IMG/VR virus record: IMGVR_UViG_3300032087_003094
Location: 10,481-74,480 of that record
Origin: a virus
Direction: 5' to 3' (one strand)
DNA length: 64,000 nt
Below are positions 27,852 to 37,382 of this stretch, one piece after another. The notes under the pieces were generated by a model. That model did not search any database and was not told where the DNA came from. It saw nothing but the letters and a program-made list of their open reading frames with translations. Position 1 is the first letter of the stretch. Each line of letters starts with the position of its first letter. The translations under genes were made by a program, and so were the position numbers.

Positions 27852-28350
27852 TAGATGATATATGTGGTGGAGTTAGTTGTAACCGTGGCGCGCGGATATA
27901 GTTACATGCTGGCAATGGCCTTATTCAGTTGACTAGACCGGCCTAGCTCCCCTTCATATATCATCTACAATTAGCATATCAACGACCACTTGTCACAGAT
28001 TGGGTTTAAGTCCCTTTTGGAGATAACTGGCGGGAATATTAATTCCGACGATGCCGTTTCAATAGGTGACGTTGATATGCTAATTGACAAGTCCTTAAGA
28101 ATTTAGATTCTTGTTCAGCAAAAAATGAAAATGAATGCCTATAGCTAAAGGCTTTAAACAGCAAATTTACAAAGTTTTACATTTTCTACTTATCACTACG
28201 ACATTTAGACCGTGGACAAAGCAGGTTAAGTTGATGTGCCAACTATCTTAAGCTGGATATCGGAGCGACAACTCTAAAAACTGTTCTGCATATTGAGAGT
28301 GATAAGAATATAGATTTACCTTTATATCAACTAAAGGTCTAATGACCACT
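27852..28350 (+). ncRNA. Tandem stem-closed structured RNA-like domains, copy 1
   Basis: Closing stems 27852-64/27955-67 (13 bp), 27968-84/28070-86 (17 bp), 28189-97/28298-306 (9 bp); no ORF. Confidence 0.55.
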
Positions 28351-28370
28351 ATTAACTAAAGGAAAACAAT

Positions 28371-28628
28371 ATGAAAGTAGAAGAAACACTGAAAGAGCGA
28401 GGAGAGCGATACGGAAGCTTTGATGGTTATGCACTGCAATTAGAAGCATTGAAAAATGCGGTTGATTTGGAGGCTTCGTCACTTAATTGTGTGCACAAAG
28501 CCGGAATGGAGATGATATTAACTAAAATAGCTAGGATTATGAATGGCGATCCTGATTATGTTGATAACTGGCATGATATAGCTGGATATGCAACATTGGT
28601 AGAAAGAGATATTGAAAAGAATTTTTAA
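28371..28628 (+). CDS. DUF6378-like phage protein
   Basis: TLKERGERYG..KIARIMNGDPDYVDNWHDIAGYA; copy at 63604. Confidence 0.8.
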   Translation: MKVEETLKERGERYGSFDGYALQLEALKNAVDLEASSLNCVHKAGMEMILTKIARIMNGDPDYVDNWHDIAGYATLVERDIEKNF

Positions 28629-28647
28629 CTAAATAGGAGATAAGAGA

Positions 28648-29324
28648 GTGATAGCAAACGTAATGGTAAAAAAGAATATTGATGTTAAGTACCTAAAGGT
28701 TTCGGCGAATGTTCGATATTGGGGAGATTCAGAAATTAACGGCGAAATGTCAGATGATGAAGGTGAGGGAGTCCCGTTTAAAAATGCAGAGTTATGGGAG
28801 CCTGTCATTGATGTTGATAAAGGGGCGGTTTGTGACTGGCCTATTGGTACTGTAGCAAAATTTCATTTTAAGGTTTGCGATGCTGGCAGTTACTATTTGT
28901 TGGATGATAACTTTAATGAATTGTTATCAAGGGTAAATAATTACGTTCCTGACGGTTTATGTCATGGCGATGAAGGATATGGGGATTATATTATTTTTGA
29001 TGTAGGGCAGGACGGCTGTATAGTTAACTATTCAAATAAAATTAATATTGAAGATTGGGAAGGAGAGCAATAACAATGAGTAACAAGTGTAAAAATTGTG
29101 ATTCAGGTATTTATTGCCATGATTGCGGGGTGTGTGGAGAGTGTCACACTAGAAAGATATGGGTATTAAAAGAGCAAATAGAGCAACTACAAAAAGAGAA
29201 TGAGGAAAGCTTTAGAAAGGGTTTTTGGGCTGGATATGAAGACGCTAGATGCTTTCCTGATGAAAATAACATATTGCAGCGCTATGCAGCTCTGACTGAA
29301 AATAGGAATAGCAATGACCAATAA
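28648..29324 (+). CDS. Two hypothetical genes (28648-29073; ~29076-29324 with CxxC/CxxH zinc motif)
   Basis: First is repeated at 63881; second has CKNC..CHDCGVCGECH. Confidence 0.65.
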
Positions 29325-29354
29325 AATAATAATACACAACCAGTCAAACTAGTT

Positions 29355-29453
29355 TATAATACATATACGCGGCTAGGTTTAGCGACCGAAAAACAAACCC
29401 CTTATTTGTTTGCCGCTCATATTTCATAAGGGCTGATGCTAAAGGAGCGTTAA
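29355..29453 (+). ncRNA. C4-like two-loop antisense RNA with downstream targets at the RBS
   Basis: TATAAT; GCGGC/GCCGC closing stem; TTTAGC and CCCTTAT in the two loops are complementary to GCTAAA 29438 and ATAAGGG 29426, next to AAGGAG. Confidence 0.7.
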
Positions 29454-29967
29454 ATGATAGATCTAAAAACCTGCACAAGAGCCGATTTTATAGAGGCTTA
29501 CACAAATCTAGAAAACTCTCACAAGCACCTAGAAAGCGAAGTTCATCATCTTAACGAGCGCCTGCAGGAATACGAAGGCATTCAAACTGATGATGAAAAG
29601 GAGGCGGAGTTTCAAAAAATTCTGGACGATGTACGAAAAGAAAGGAAATCTCAAAACTACCCGAACTAGGTGGAATAAGCTAAGCAATAAGAAAAAGAAG
29701 CTAATATTCGACCACCTGCCAAAGTATGTGAAATCAACCTACAAAGATGCTCGATACCCATCAAGAAAAAATGCAGAGGTCTACATTAGTAAAGAAGCAT
29801 GGCTTGATGAAATTATTGAGAATAAAGACTATCAGAAGTTTTCACCACAGCCAGCGGTAGGAAGCGCATCATTTAAACCAAGCCCGATAAAAAATAGAAG
29901 CAAGGAGCTAGATAGGCTTAGAGAGCAGAGTAAATCGGTTAACATTAAAGAGAGGTTAGGGTTATGA
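29454..29967 (+). pseudogene. Replication-initiator-like protein split by a frameshift in an A6 run
   Basis: Removing one A at 29614-29619 gives EAEFQKFWTMYEKKG..WNKLS, a motif typical of phage replisome-organiser C-terminal domains. Confidence 0.6.
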
Positions 29968-30149
29968 GTAGCAATAACTGGATAGATGTGAATCACTGTA
30001 GATTATGTGGCGGTCCTATAAATTATGATAGGGGTATAGTGCTGACAAGTTCACCACCTCAATATTAAGGGCGATGCCAAGATTGCGGAGATTTAACAAA
30101 TAGATTGTGCGGCGAGGTTGATCAAAACACCAACAAAGCAAAAGGATAG
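29964..30149 (+). pseudogene. Small zinc-ribbon gene with internal TAA (30066-30068)
   Basis: CRLCGG..VLTSSPPQY*GRCQDCG; second CxxC is in frame after the stop. Confidence 0.65.
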
Positions 30150-30155
30150 TAAATA

Positions 30156-30893
30156 ATGATTGAGATACATAATATTGATTGCATGGAATATATGAAAAGC
30201 ATGAGTGATGAAAGCGTTGATTTGATTGTTACCGATCCGCCTTATGATATAAAAAACACAACATCGGGCGGCGACTCCGATCTTTCTCGCAGCATCCAAT
30301 CTCAACATGATCAATTAATCAGAGACAATATAACCAACTCCATAGATTATTCTAAAGTTTGCGCGGAGATGGTTAGAGTCTGTAAGAAGATAAATATCTA
30401 TATATGGTGCAACAAAGCCCAAATTCCCTACTATTTGAAAGAGTTTTACGCCGATAGGGGCTGCTCGTTCGATATTATTAAATGGGTTAAAACAAATCCC
30501 GTACCGGCTTATTGCAACAAATATATGACAGACACCGAATATTGTTTATATTTCAGGAAAGGCGGTTATTGCATGCCTCAAAATTCGTCTGATGCATCAA
30601 CGCTATATAGTGCACCAATAAACCAGCTAGATAAAAAGAAATATAAACATCCAACCATAAAACCTGTTGATATCCTCAAGCGGCTAATAAGGAATAGTTC
30701 AAAAGTTGGCGATCTGGTATTTGATCCTTTTGCTGGTTCGGGTAGTACGGGGGTTGCATCAGCGATTGAAGGCAGGGGGTTTATAGGGTGTGAGCTTTTG
30801 CAAGAATATACCGATATTGCTAGGTATAGAGTAAGCGAGATAATAGGGGGCAACAAAGTCAACTCTCACACTGGTCAAGCGGCACTGTTTTGA
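30156..30893 (+). CDS. DNA methyltransferase (N6-A/N4-C, beta class)
   Basis: DLIVTDPPY, HPTIKP, DPFAGSGSTG. Confidence 0.95.
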   Translation: MIEIHNIDCMEYMKSMSDESVDLIVTDPPYDIKNTTSGGDSDLSRSIQSQHDQLIRDNITNSIDYSKVCAEMVRVCKKINIYIWCNKAQIPYYLKEFYADRGCSFDIIKWVKTNPVPAYCNKYMTDTEYCLYFRKGGYCMPQNSSDASTLYSAPINQLDKKKYKHPTIKPVDILKRLIRNSSKVGDLVFDPFAGSGSTGVASAIEGRGFIGCELLQEYTDIARYRVSEIIGGNKVNSHTGQAALF

Positions 30894-31048
30894 ACTGGTC
30901 AAGAAAGCACAAATACTACACTGATAGCGGCCCATATAGAATATGCTGGACAGATGCTAGGCCACCGCTATTTATGTGTAGTTATAAGAAAGAGTTTATT
31001 GGCAAGTCGAACAATGCCGATGAAGCCAGGCGAATTTGTGAAAGCCAT

Positions 31049-31219
31049 TCACTCACCTGAAGCTACAAAGCTAGAGTTATTCTCTTTTTCAAGTTCTTCT
31101 TCTATCAGTTGAGCAATGATATCCTGTTTTGTTTTGATGATAGCATCTCTATTTTTTCTGATAGCCGATAAGGTGCTTAAGTTTTCGTTAGCCAAGTCTG
31201 AGATTTTAATTGTTTTCAT
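31049..31219 (-). CDS. Small ribbon-helix-helix-like regulator (56 aa, not in ORF track)
   Basis: MKTIKISDLANENLSTLSAIRK..KQDIIAQLIEEE; AGGTGA RBS; divergent from TTGCAT-16-TATACT (31248-31275). Confidence 0.65.
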   Translation of the reverse strand: MKTIKISDLANENLSTLSAIRKNRDAIIKTKQDIIAQLIEEELEKENNSSFVASGE

Positions 31220-31308
31220 GTATTCACCTAAGTAGTCAAAAAAGTAGTTGCATAATTAGTAAGATGAAGTATACTAGATTCATTGGATAAAGTTAAGGAA
31301 TAAATCAA

Positions 31309-31884
31309 ATGAAAACAACATTAGGTAAGATTTGGGAGTTCGGTCCTTGCTGTAGAGAGGATGAGTCTGGCGGGTGGGGTTTGCTAACTAAAAACTTAGG
31401 AACTAGCGATCACTCAAAAGAAGTTGATTTGATGGAAATATTAAAATCAAACGGAATTAAAGATGCAGTTTGGGCTTTAAGATGTTTTGATTATCTTGAT
31501 TATTGCCTTTTTCTTGCTGATGTTGCAGAAAGCGTACTTGATATTTATGAGAAGAAAAACAGTTCAAGCGCTCCGAGATTAGCAATTCAGGCAGTTAGAG
31601 ATTATAAGGCTGGAGGTATAACAAAAGAAAAATTACGATCTGCTGCTGATGCTTATGCTGCTTATGCTGCTGCTGATGCTTATGCTGCTGCTTATGCTGC
31701 TGATGCTGCTTCTGCTTATGCTGCTGCTTATGCTGCTTATGCTGCTGATGCTGCTTATGCTGCTGCTGATGCTGCTGCTGATGCTTCTGCTGCTGCTGAT
31801 GCTTCTGCTGCTTATGCTGATGCTAGATCAAAAAAATGGGATGAAATAGAACAATTATTCATTAAGCATTTTGGAGATAAATAA
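31309..31884 (+). CDS. Phage protein with Ala/Tyr/Asp low-complexity tract
   Basis: ILKSNGIKDAVWAL and PRLAIQAVRDY motifs plus (AADAY)n. Confidence 0.8.
   Translation: MKTTLGKIWEFGPCCREDESGGWGLLTKNLGTSDHSKEVDLMEILKSNGIKDAVWALRCFDYLDYCLFLADVAESVLDIYEKKNSSSAPRLAIQAVRDYKAGGITKEKLRSAADAYAAYAAADAYAAAYAADAASAYAAAYAAYAADAAYAAADAAADASAAADASAAYADARSKKWDEIEQLFIKHFGDK
31640..31824 (+). repeat. GCT/GAT/TAT/TCT codon-level tandem repeat
   Basis: About 185 nt of nNT triplets, mostly GCT. Confidence 0.9.
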
Positions 31885-32262
31885 ATGAGTCAATTAACAT
31901 TTTTCGAACAGTATGTAGAATCAGTATTCGGCCTTGAAGATGTAACTTACATCTCAGACGAGCAAGCGCTATCAAATCTAGGTTTTATGCAAGTCAACCA
32001 TCCTGATGAGTATCAAGAGATAATCGACCAAGTAAACGCAAGCTATGAGCCGCCAGAGGGTAAAGAATGCGACCTCGATGAATTAACAGACGCTATCACT
32101 AATAGAAACCCAATGAAGTTCGTTGTGGAATTAGAGCGATTAATGATAGTCGAGTTCAAAGCTTACATTGATGAAGTTCAGCAAGAAATCGCATACAAGA
32201 GTGCAAATCCAGAGCGTGACGGCTCTTATGAGACTAAGCAAGCAAGGGAGATGGTGTTATGA
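31885..32262 (+). CDS. Hypothetical acidic protein
   Basis: ORF track; coupled to neighbours. Confidence 0.65.
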   Translation: MSQLTFFEQYVESVFGLEDVTYISDEQALSNLGFMQVNHPDEYQEIIDQVNASYEPPEGKECDLDELTDAITNRNPMKFVVELERLMIVEFKAYIDEVQQEIAYKSANPERDGSYETKQAREMVL

Positions 32263-32969
32263 GAGAGATTAAGTTCAGGGCGTGGGATAAAGATAAAAGC
32301 AAGGGTTATCTGATGCACGGCTATCAGTATAGAAAAGCTGAATATCACCCTTTAGCCACTTCTCGCGGTTATGTTTTAGAGCATAGGCTTGTTATGGAGA
32401 ATCATCTTGGTAGGTATTTGGAAAAAGGGGCGGTTATCCATCATAAAAATGGTGTTAGAGATGATAACAGGTTGGAAAACTTAGAGTATCATCAAGAGCA
32501 GTCTAGGCACGCAAAGTCACATGATTCCGGAGTTAGAAATAAAAACGGGCAGTTTGTTGCAGAATCGCAAGAATTTCAAAACAAAAAATTTAAACTTTTT
32601 AATAAAAATTCTAAACAGGTTCAAATTTTTACTCTGCAAAAGCTTATATCTACAACATTTAGAAGAAGTCAATTTGAGTATTGCGGAGAGTTTACCGGTC
32701 TAAAAGACAAGAATGACGTTGAGATTTATGAGGGGGATATAGTTAAAGTAGTATATGAGGAATATCCAGATGAAGATTTTGCGATCGGAAAGGTGTGGTG
32801 GTTTCAATGCTATTATCCGGCTTTTGATGTTTATGTTCCTTCGGAGCGAGCAAAGACAGGATTTGAAAGCTACTCTGATGGATATAACGCGTTCACATGC
32901 GATGAAATATCAATTGAGGTAATCGGCAACATCTACGAAAACCCAGAACTACTAGAGGTTAAACAATGA
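32259..32969 (+). CDS. YopX-family protein with in-frame HNH endonuclease insertion
   Basis: [10 protein letters not shown] ... [18 protein letters not shown] ... [13 protein letters not shown] flank [28 protein letters not shown]. Confidence 0.85.
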   Translation: MREIKFRAWDKDKSKGYLMHGYQYRKAEYHPLATSRGYVLEHRLVMENHLGRYLEKGAVIHHKNGVRDDNRLENLEYHQEQSRHAKSHDSGVRNKNGQFVAESQEFQNKKFKLFNKNSKQVQIFTLQKLISTTFRRSQFEYCGEFTGLKDKNDVEIYEGDIVKVVYEEYPDEDFAIGKVWWFQCYYPAFDVYVPSERAKTGFESYSDGYNAFTCDEISIEVIGNIYENPELLEVKQ

Positions 32970-33230
32970 AACTAACAATAGAAGAAAGAAAAGAGCTAGC
33001 ATGGGTAATAGCTGGCTGCATATTTTTAATATCATTAATGAGTTTGGTGGAGTCGATATGAAAACAGAAACGCAAGAAATGGAGAGCAATTTAGCTCTCG
33101 CGTGGTTCGATGGTGTTTATACTCAAGATCAAGCACAAGTATCTGCCGAGCTTCAAGGGTTGAGTTTTGAAAATATAGTAAACGAATACTCAAAGCTTTA
33201 TCACGATGCAGAAAGCGCGGGGGCTTATCA

Positions 33231-33887
33231 ATGGAATTAGTAGAAAAATTAGCAAATATTCAACAACGCTTAGTTGCGCCAAAAGGGCAAACTAACAAGT
33301 TTGGCGGGTACAAATATCGATCTTGCGAGGATATTTTAACGGCCTTAAAACCATTACTTGATGATTGCGCGCTTACCATTACCGACGAAATTCAAATGAT
33401 AGGCGACCGCTTTTATGTAGTCGCAACAGCAACATTAACAAACGGCAAAGACTCAATTAGTGTTAAAGGCTACGCTAGGGAGTGCGAAAGCAAAAAAGGG
33501 ATGGATGATAGCCAGTTAACCGGCTCGTGTAGCAGCTACGCTAGAAAGTACGCCCTAAACGGCTTGTTCTGTATTGATGACTCAAAAGACGCTGATGCGA
33601 TGGACAATAGAAAACCGCAACTGCCAAGCAAGCTAAAAAAGATTTATCAGCAAGCGCGTGAGCACTACGATGCTGGTGATTTGCAGGCGGTTAGAGAGGT
33701 TTTAGCTAGCTTTGAAATGATTGAGCAACAAAGAGCGGTAATGCTTGAGTTCGTATCAAATGAAAGAGCGGCAATAACCAAATATGTAAAAGAAAACGCG
33801 GATAGTCGGTGCGATGTCCAAAAAGCGGATTACTTAACAGCGAAAGAGCATGATCAACTGTGTAAAAACTACGGATTCAACGGATAA
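33231..33887 (+). CDS. erf: ERF-family single-strand annealing protein
   Basis: APKGQTNKFGGYKYRSCEDI and Q.TGSCSSYARKYALNGLF..DD.KDAD. Confidence 0.9.
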   Translation: MELVEKLANIQQRLVAPKGQTNKFGGYKYRSCEDILTALKPLLDDCALTITDEIQMIGDRFYVVATATLTNGKDSISVKGYARECESKKGMDDSQLTGSCSSYARKYALNGLFCIDDSKDADAMDNRKPQLPSKLKKIYQQAREHYDAGDLQAVREVLASFEMIEQQRAVMLEFVSNERAAITKYVKENADSRCDVQKADYLTAKEHDQLCKNYGFNG

Positions 33888-33902
33888 CAAAAGGGTAATA
33901 AA

Positions 33903-34364
33903 ATGAAAGGCGTAAACAAAGCAATAATAGTGGGGACGTTAGGTAAAGACCCAGAAATTAGATACGCTCCAGCAGGCGCAGCAATAACAAATATCAGCGT
34001 TGCAACAAGCGAAAGCTGGAAAGATAAAAATTCTGGCCAAAAACAAGAGAAGACAGAATGGCATCGAGTGGTATTTTTTGGGAAGCTGGCTGAAATTGCT
34101 GGCGAATACTTGAAGAAAGGCTCTCAAGCTTATATTGAAGGCAAGCTTCAAACCCGTAAATGGCAGGATAAACAAGGTCAAGACCGTTACACAACTGAAA
34201 TCGTTGTTGATGGCTTTAACGGCGTTATGCAAATGTTAGGCGGCAAGGGTGACAACAATCAAGCAAAGCCGCAATCAGAAAGTCAAGGTAGTCAACAATA
34301 CCAAAAAGACGCACAGCAAGCGCAGCAATTTGATAATAGCTTTGACGACGACATACCCTTTTAA
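33903..34364 (+). CDS. ssb: Single-stranded DNA-binding protein
   Basis: [21 protein letters not shown]-terminal DDDIPF; gammaproteobacterial style. Confidence 0.97.
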   Translation: MKGVNKAIIVGTLGKDPEIRYAPAGAAITNISVATSESWKDKNSGQKQEKTEWHRVVFFGKLAEIAGEYLKKGSQAYIEGKLQTRKWQDKQGQDRYTTEIVVDGFNGVMQMLGGKGDNNQAKPQSESQGSQQYQKDAQQAQQFDNSFDDDIPF

Positions 34365-35306
34365 CCATAAGGAATAGATGATGTTTGAATCGGTAGCGGT
34401 ATGGGCAGATGTTGGGCATGGAAAGTTTTTAACTAAAGACAGACACCTTACTAGTAGAGAGGCTCGGACAGTCTGCGAATTGTTGGAGAAAAACGGCTTT
34501 GGAGGTGAGGGTTTAGTATTTCCAGAGTCAACAGAGGTTAGAGAAATTAACACCGACGGCTCGCACTTAACAGAATTCGAGAAAAAAGCTGGCTTCGACG
34601 GTAAATAATCAACCATAAGGAATAGATGATGGGACCAATAAGATTTAGTTTTAAACCATTAGTGGTAATAGCCATTCTTCTTTCTGCGGTTGTAGGGTGG
34701 GCGGTCATAGAACTTTTGATATGGCTGATTAAAAATGTCAGTGTAACTTTTGGATAAGGAATAGATGATGAGTGTAGGCGGGAAAGTAATAGATCATAAA
34801 ATATTCGATGAAAAAGTTTATATAAACACAACTGACGGTAGTGAGTGCGCTATCTATGTGGAAAGAGACAAAAACTCAGAGTCGGTATCAATTAACGATG
34901 TTGTTTGGTGGCAGGGCGATAAAGCATACTGGACTACAAAGGATAGAAAGGCTCAGGTTGAAACAGTCTTATTTAGACGCGGCTTTTCTGGTGTTCCTTA
35001 TCCGCACGACAAGCCAGAAGTGAAGCCTAAATATTAACCAACCATAAGGAATAGATGATGATTGAGCTATCTAATAATCAAATTTCAATACTAGGCAAGC
35101 CAAATTTTGCATGCGCACCTATTGCAAAACTACTGATAAAGCATTCGATTTATGAAGATAAAGAAAACAAGGCGGAATATGAGCAAGCTGTTTTCATCCA
35201 TTGGGCGAGTGATTTGCTTGAAAAATTTGGTGATGGCTGGGTTGATGAAGCAAAAAGAATAATTGACAAGCTGTTAGAAGCCGAATCTTTAATCAACCAT
35301 AAGGAA
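34363..35306 (+). repeat. Gene-junction direct repeats AACCATAAGGAATAGATGATG
   Basis: Full copies at 34363, 34611, 35040; 3' 17 nt at 34754; 5' 12 nt at 35295. Confidence 0.9.
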
Positions 35307-35464
35307 GGTAACGAGAAATGAGGTGGCTTTGGATAAAAATTAGATGTTTCTTTGGTTGGCATGTATGGGCTTGGAAACTTAGAAGCGGGTCAATCATCTA
35401 TATGCAAGGTGACCCTCCAAGTGATGTTAAATGTAAATATTGTGGAGAGATATGGGATGAATAA
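34378..35464 (+). CDS. Five small cassette-like genes (34378-34608, 34626-34757 membrane peptide, 34765-35037, 35055-35321, 35318-35464 Cys/His zinc-ribbon)
   Basis: First four start in the ATGATG of the repeat; the last has CFFGWH..CKYCG. Confidence 0.7.
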
Positions 35465-35698
35465 CCTAACACAAGAGCAAGTGAGGGAAAAAAGAATTAA
35501 TGCGTTTTGGAACGGTGTTTTACTTAACTGGTATTTTAGTGGTAAGTATTGGTATTGCGGGACAGCTAAAAGAAATGCCAAAGTGAATGGAATAACTTGC
35601 AGAAAAAGTGGCAGCGGAAACAACAAAGACGAGGCTTTTCAGGATTTTAGGAATGCTAATGGGGTTTATGATTGTCAGCCACAAGAGAAAGCTAAATA

Positions 35699-36124
35699 AT
35701 GACCTCTTTCACCATAAACTCAAAACAAGCCGTTGAAAGCTTTCAAGAGTTTATACAAGAAGAATTTATAAAAGAAAAATACTTGATAGCTAAGATAGTC
35801 AAGGCCACAAGGTTGCAAATTCAAAATCGATGGATACAACAGTTTTACAATATGGTGTCAGGTCAGACAGGCCAGCCAAGGCAAACGCTAGTCAACCACT
35901 GCAAGTATTATCACGGCATGCCTATACTGCTAGCAGACCAGCCAGAACAAGCGGAACTATGGCGCAAGATGATGATTCCGCTAACGGAAGAAGAAAGGCT
36001 TGCAGCTATGGAAATAACGGCTGTAACTAGCTTGATGGACGTTCACGAGTGTTCAGATTATATTAAACAGTTGATAGCTCATTTCGATCACTGCGAGCTA
36101 CCAAGAAAACAATGGAGAGAGTAA
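35699..36124 (+). CDS. NinB/YbcN-like protein
   Basis: R..IQNRWI..FY, CKYYHGMPIL, VTSLM...SDYI; nin-region synteny. Confidence 0.6.
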   Translation: MTSFTINSKQAVESFQEFIQEEFIKEKYLIAKIVKATRLQIQNRWIQQFYNMVSGQTGQPRQTLVNHCKYYHGMPILLADQPEQAELWRKMMIPLTEEERLAAMEITAVTSLMDVHECSDYIKQLIAHFDHCELPRKQWRE

Positions 36125-36371
36125 TGAAAGTAGATGAGTATGATGTGCCAAGGCTTATTCAAAAAATGGAATACAGCTACTCTGCAATGGCGTTTACGGT
36201 TTTATTCTTTAATGATAGGCAAAGCTCATTCCCTACTGATCTTGTATGTCCATCCATAGGCTTAATGCAAAGCAAGCCAACAAGAATGCAGTGGCTGGAG
36301 GCTGAAAACAATATAAGAAAATACGTTGATAAGAATTGGAAATCAATGAATTCTTAAGAGATAGCTAAATA

Positions 36372-36992
36372 ATGCCAAACGCTAAACTAAAATGCTGCAA
36401 CTGCAAAGATAGGTTCAAGCGCGAATCTATGACCAAATTACCAGTGGGCAACTTCTGTAGCCAGGATTGCATTGTTGAGTACGCAGCTAATAAGGGCAAG
36501 AGGGCAGTTAAGAGGCAAATAGCAAAAAAAAAGAAAAAAGACAACCTAGAAAAAAAGCTTTTTAATATTAACGATGTCAAGAAGCAGTTAGAGCTAACAC
36601 AGCCTGTATTTAACAAGCTTAGACGATTACAAGAGTTTGAATGGTTCAAGCAAAGAGGTTTGGAGCCTGAGTGTATAAGTTGTGGAAAAAAGAATATGGA
36701 CTGGTGTAACGGCCATTTTAAAACGGTAGGCTCTCAGGGAGGCTTAAGGTTCGACCCTATGAACAGTTATTTGCAATGTAATCGATATTGCAACAAAGGG
36801 CTAAGTGGGAATATTGAAGGCAATAAAAACACTCGAGGCTATAAGGTTGGACTGGCTGAGAGGTTCGGCGCTGACAGGGCTAAAGAGATAATAGAATACT
36901 GTGAGATTGATCAAGTAAGAAAGTGGACTGGTCAAGAGCTATTTGAAATGAGAAAAGAATTCAACAAGCAAATTAGAGATTTAGAAGCTTAA
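36372..36992 (+). CDS. ninG: NinG/Rap-like recombination endonuclease
   Basis: CCNC, FCS..C, CISCG, GHF, LRF...N..QC..CN. Confidence 0.9.
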   Translation: MPNAKLKCCNCKDRFKRESMTKLPVGNFCSQDCIVEYAANKGKRAVKRQIAKKKKKDNLEKKLFNINDVKKQLELTQPVFNKLRRLQEFEWFKQRGLEPECISCGKKNMDWCNGHFKTVGSQGGLRFDPMNSYLQCNRYCNKGLSGNIEGNKNTRGYKVGLAERFGADRAKEIIEYCEIDQVRKWTGQELFEMRKEFNKQIRDLEA

Positions 36993-36993
36993 C

Positions 36994-37065
36994 AGCGTCT
37001 AGCACTTCCTTTCTGCGGGTTTTGGCCGAATATCCCAACTCCCGCTTTAGGTTAGGCGTTTTTTT
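36994..37065 (+). terminator. Extended hairpin/terminator after ninG
   Basis: AGCGTCTAG/TTAGGCGTT outer stem, inner GCGGG/CCCGC stem, T run. Confidence 0.65.
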
Positions 37066-37121
37066 ATATTTTTGATACAATAAAAGAGTTCTGCTGAAAC
37101 GAGGGGCTGTTTGCCCCACTA

Positions 37122-37154
37122 AGCCGCCTTTCCTAACAGATTGGCGGTTTTTTT
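37122..37154 (+). terminator. Intrinsic terminator before the lysis region
   Basis: AGCCGCC/GGCGGTT stem followed by a T run. Confidence 0.75.
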
Positions 37155-37382
37155 ATCCCTGTTGTATAATTACCTATCTTTTAATCAAGGTGTAAGAACA
37201 ATGCCGATACAATGGTCAAGCTATCCGTATTTAATAAACGGTGGCGAATCTCAGAAAACAACAAGACTGTATTGTCTGGGATTGGATCTACCCAACAAGC
37301 GATAGCAATTGCTAAGCGTTACGGGTTTGTATTGTCAGAGTTAAAGTATATTGATTATTTGAAAGCGGCATAAGGTTTAGGA

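Noticed and set aside
27852-28350. tRNA, tmRNA or retron msr-msd
   Set aside because: No T-loop/anticodon cloverleaf, no tag reading frame, and no reverse transcriptase nearby.
30066-30068. Stop-codon recoding
   Set aside because: Single case; TAA, TAG and TGA all end well-defined genes elsewhere.
31649-31849. Leu/Met-rich 66-aa ORF
   Set aside because: Alternate-frame shadow of the GCT repeat.
32300-32680. Intein or group I intron in yopX
   Set aside because: No Cys/Ser start with His-Asn end, no recognisable P/Q/R/S elements, and the frame is continuous.
34363-35306. CRISPR array
   Set aside because: Spacing is 140-290 nt and irregular, the intervals are complete ORFs, the repeat is an RBS/start, and there are no cas genes.
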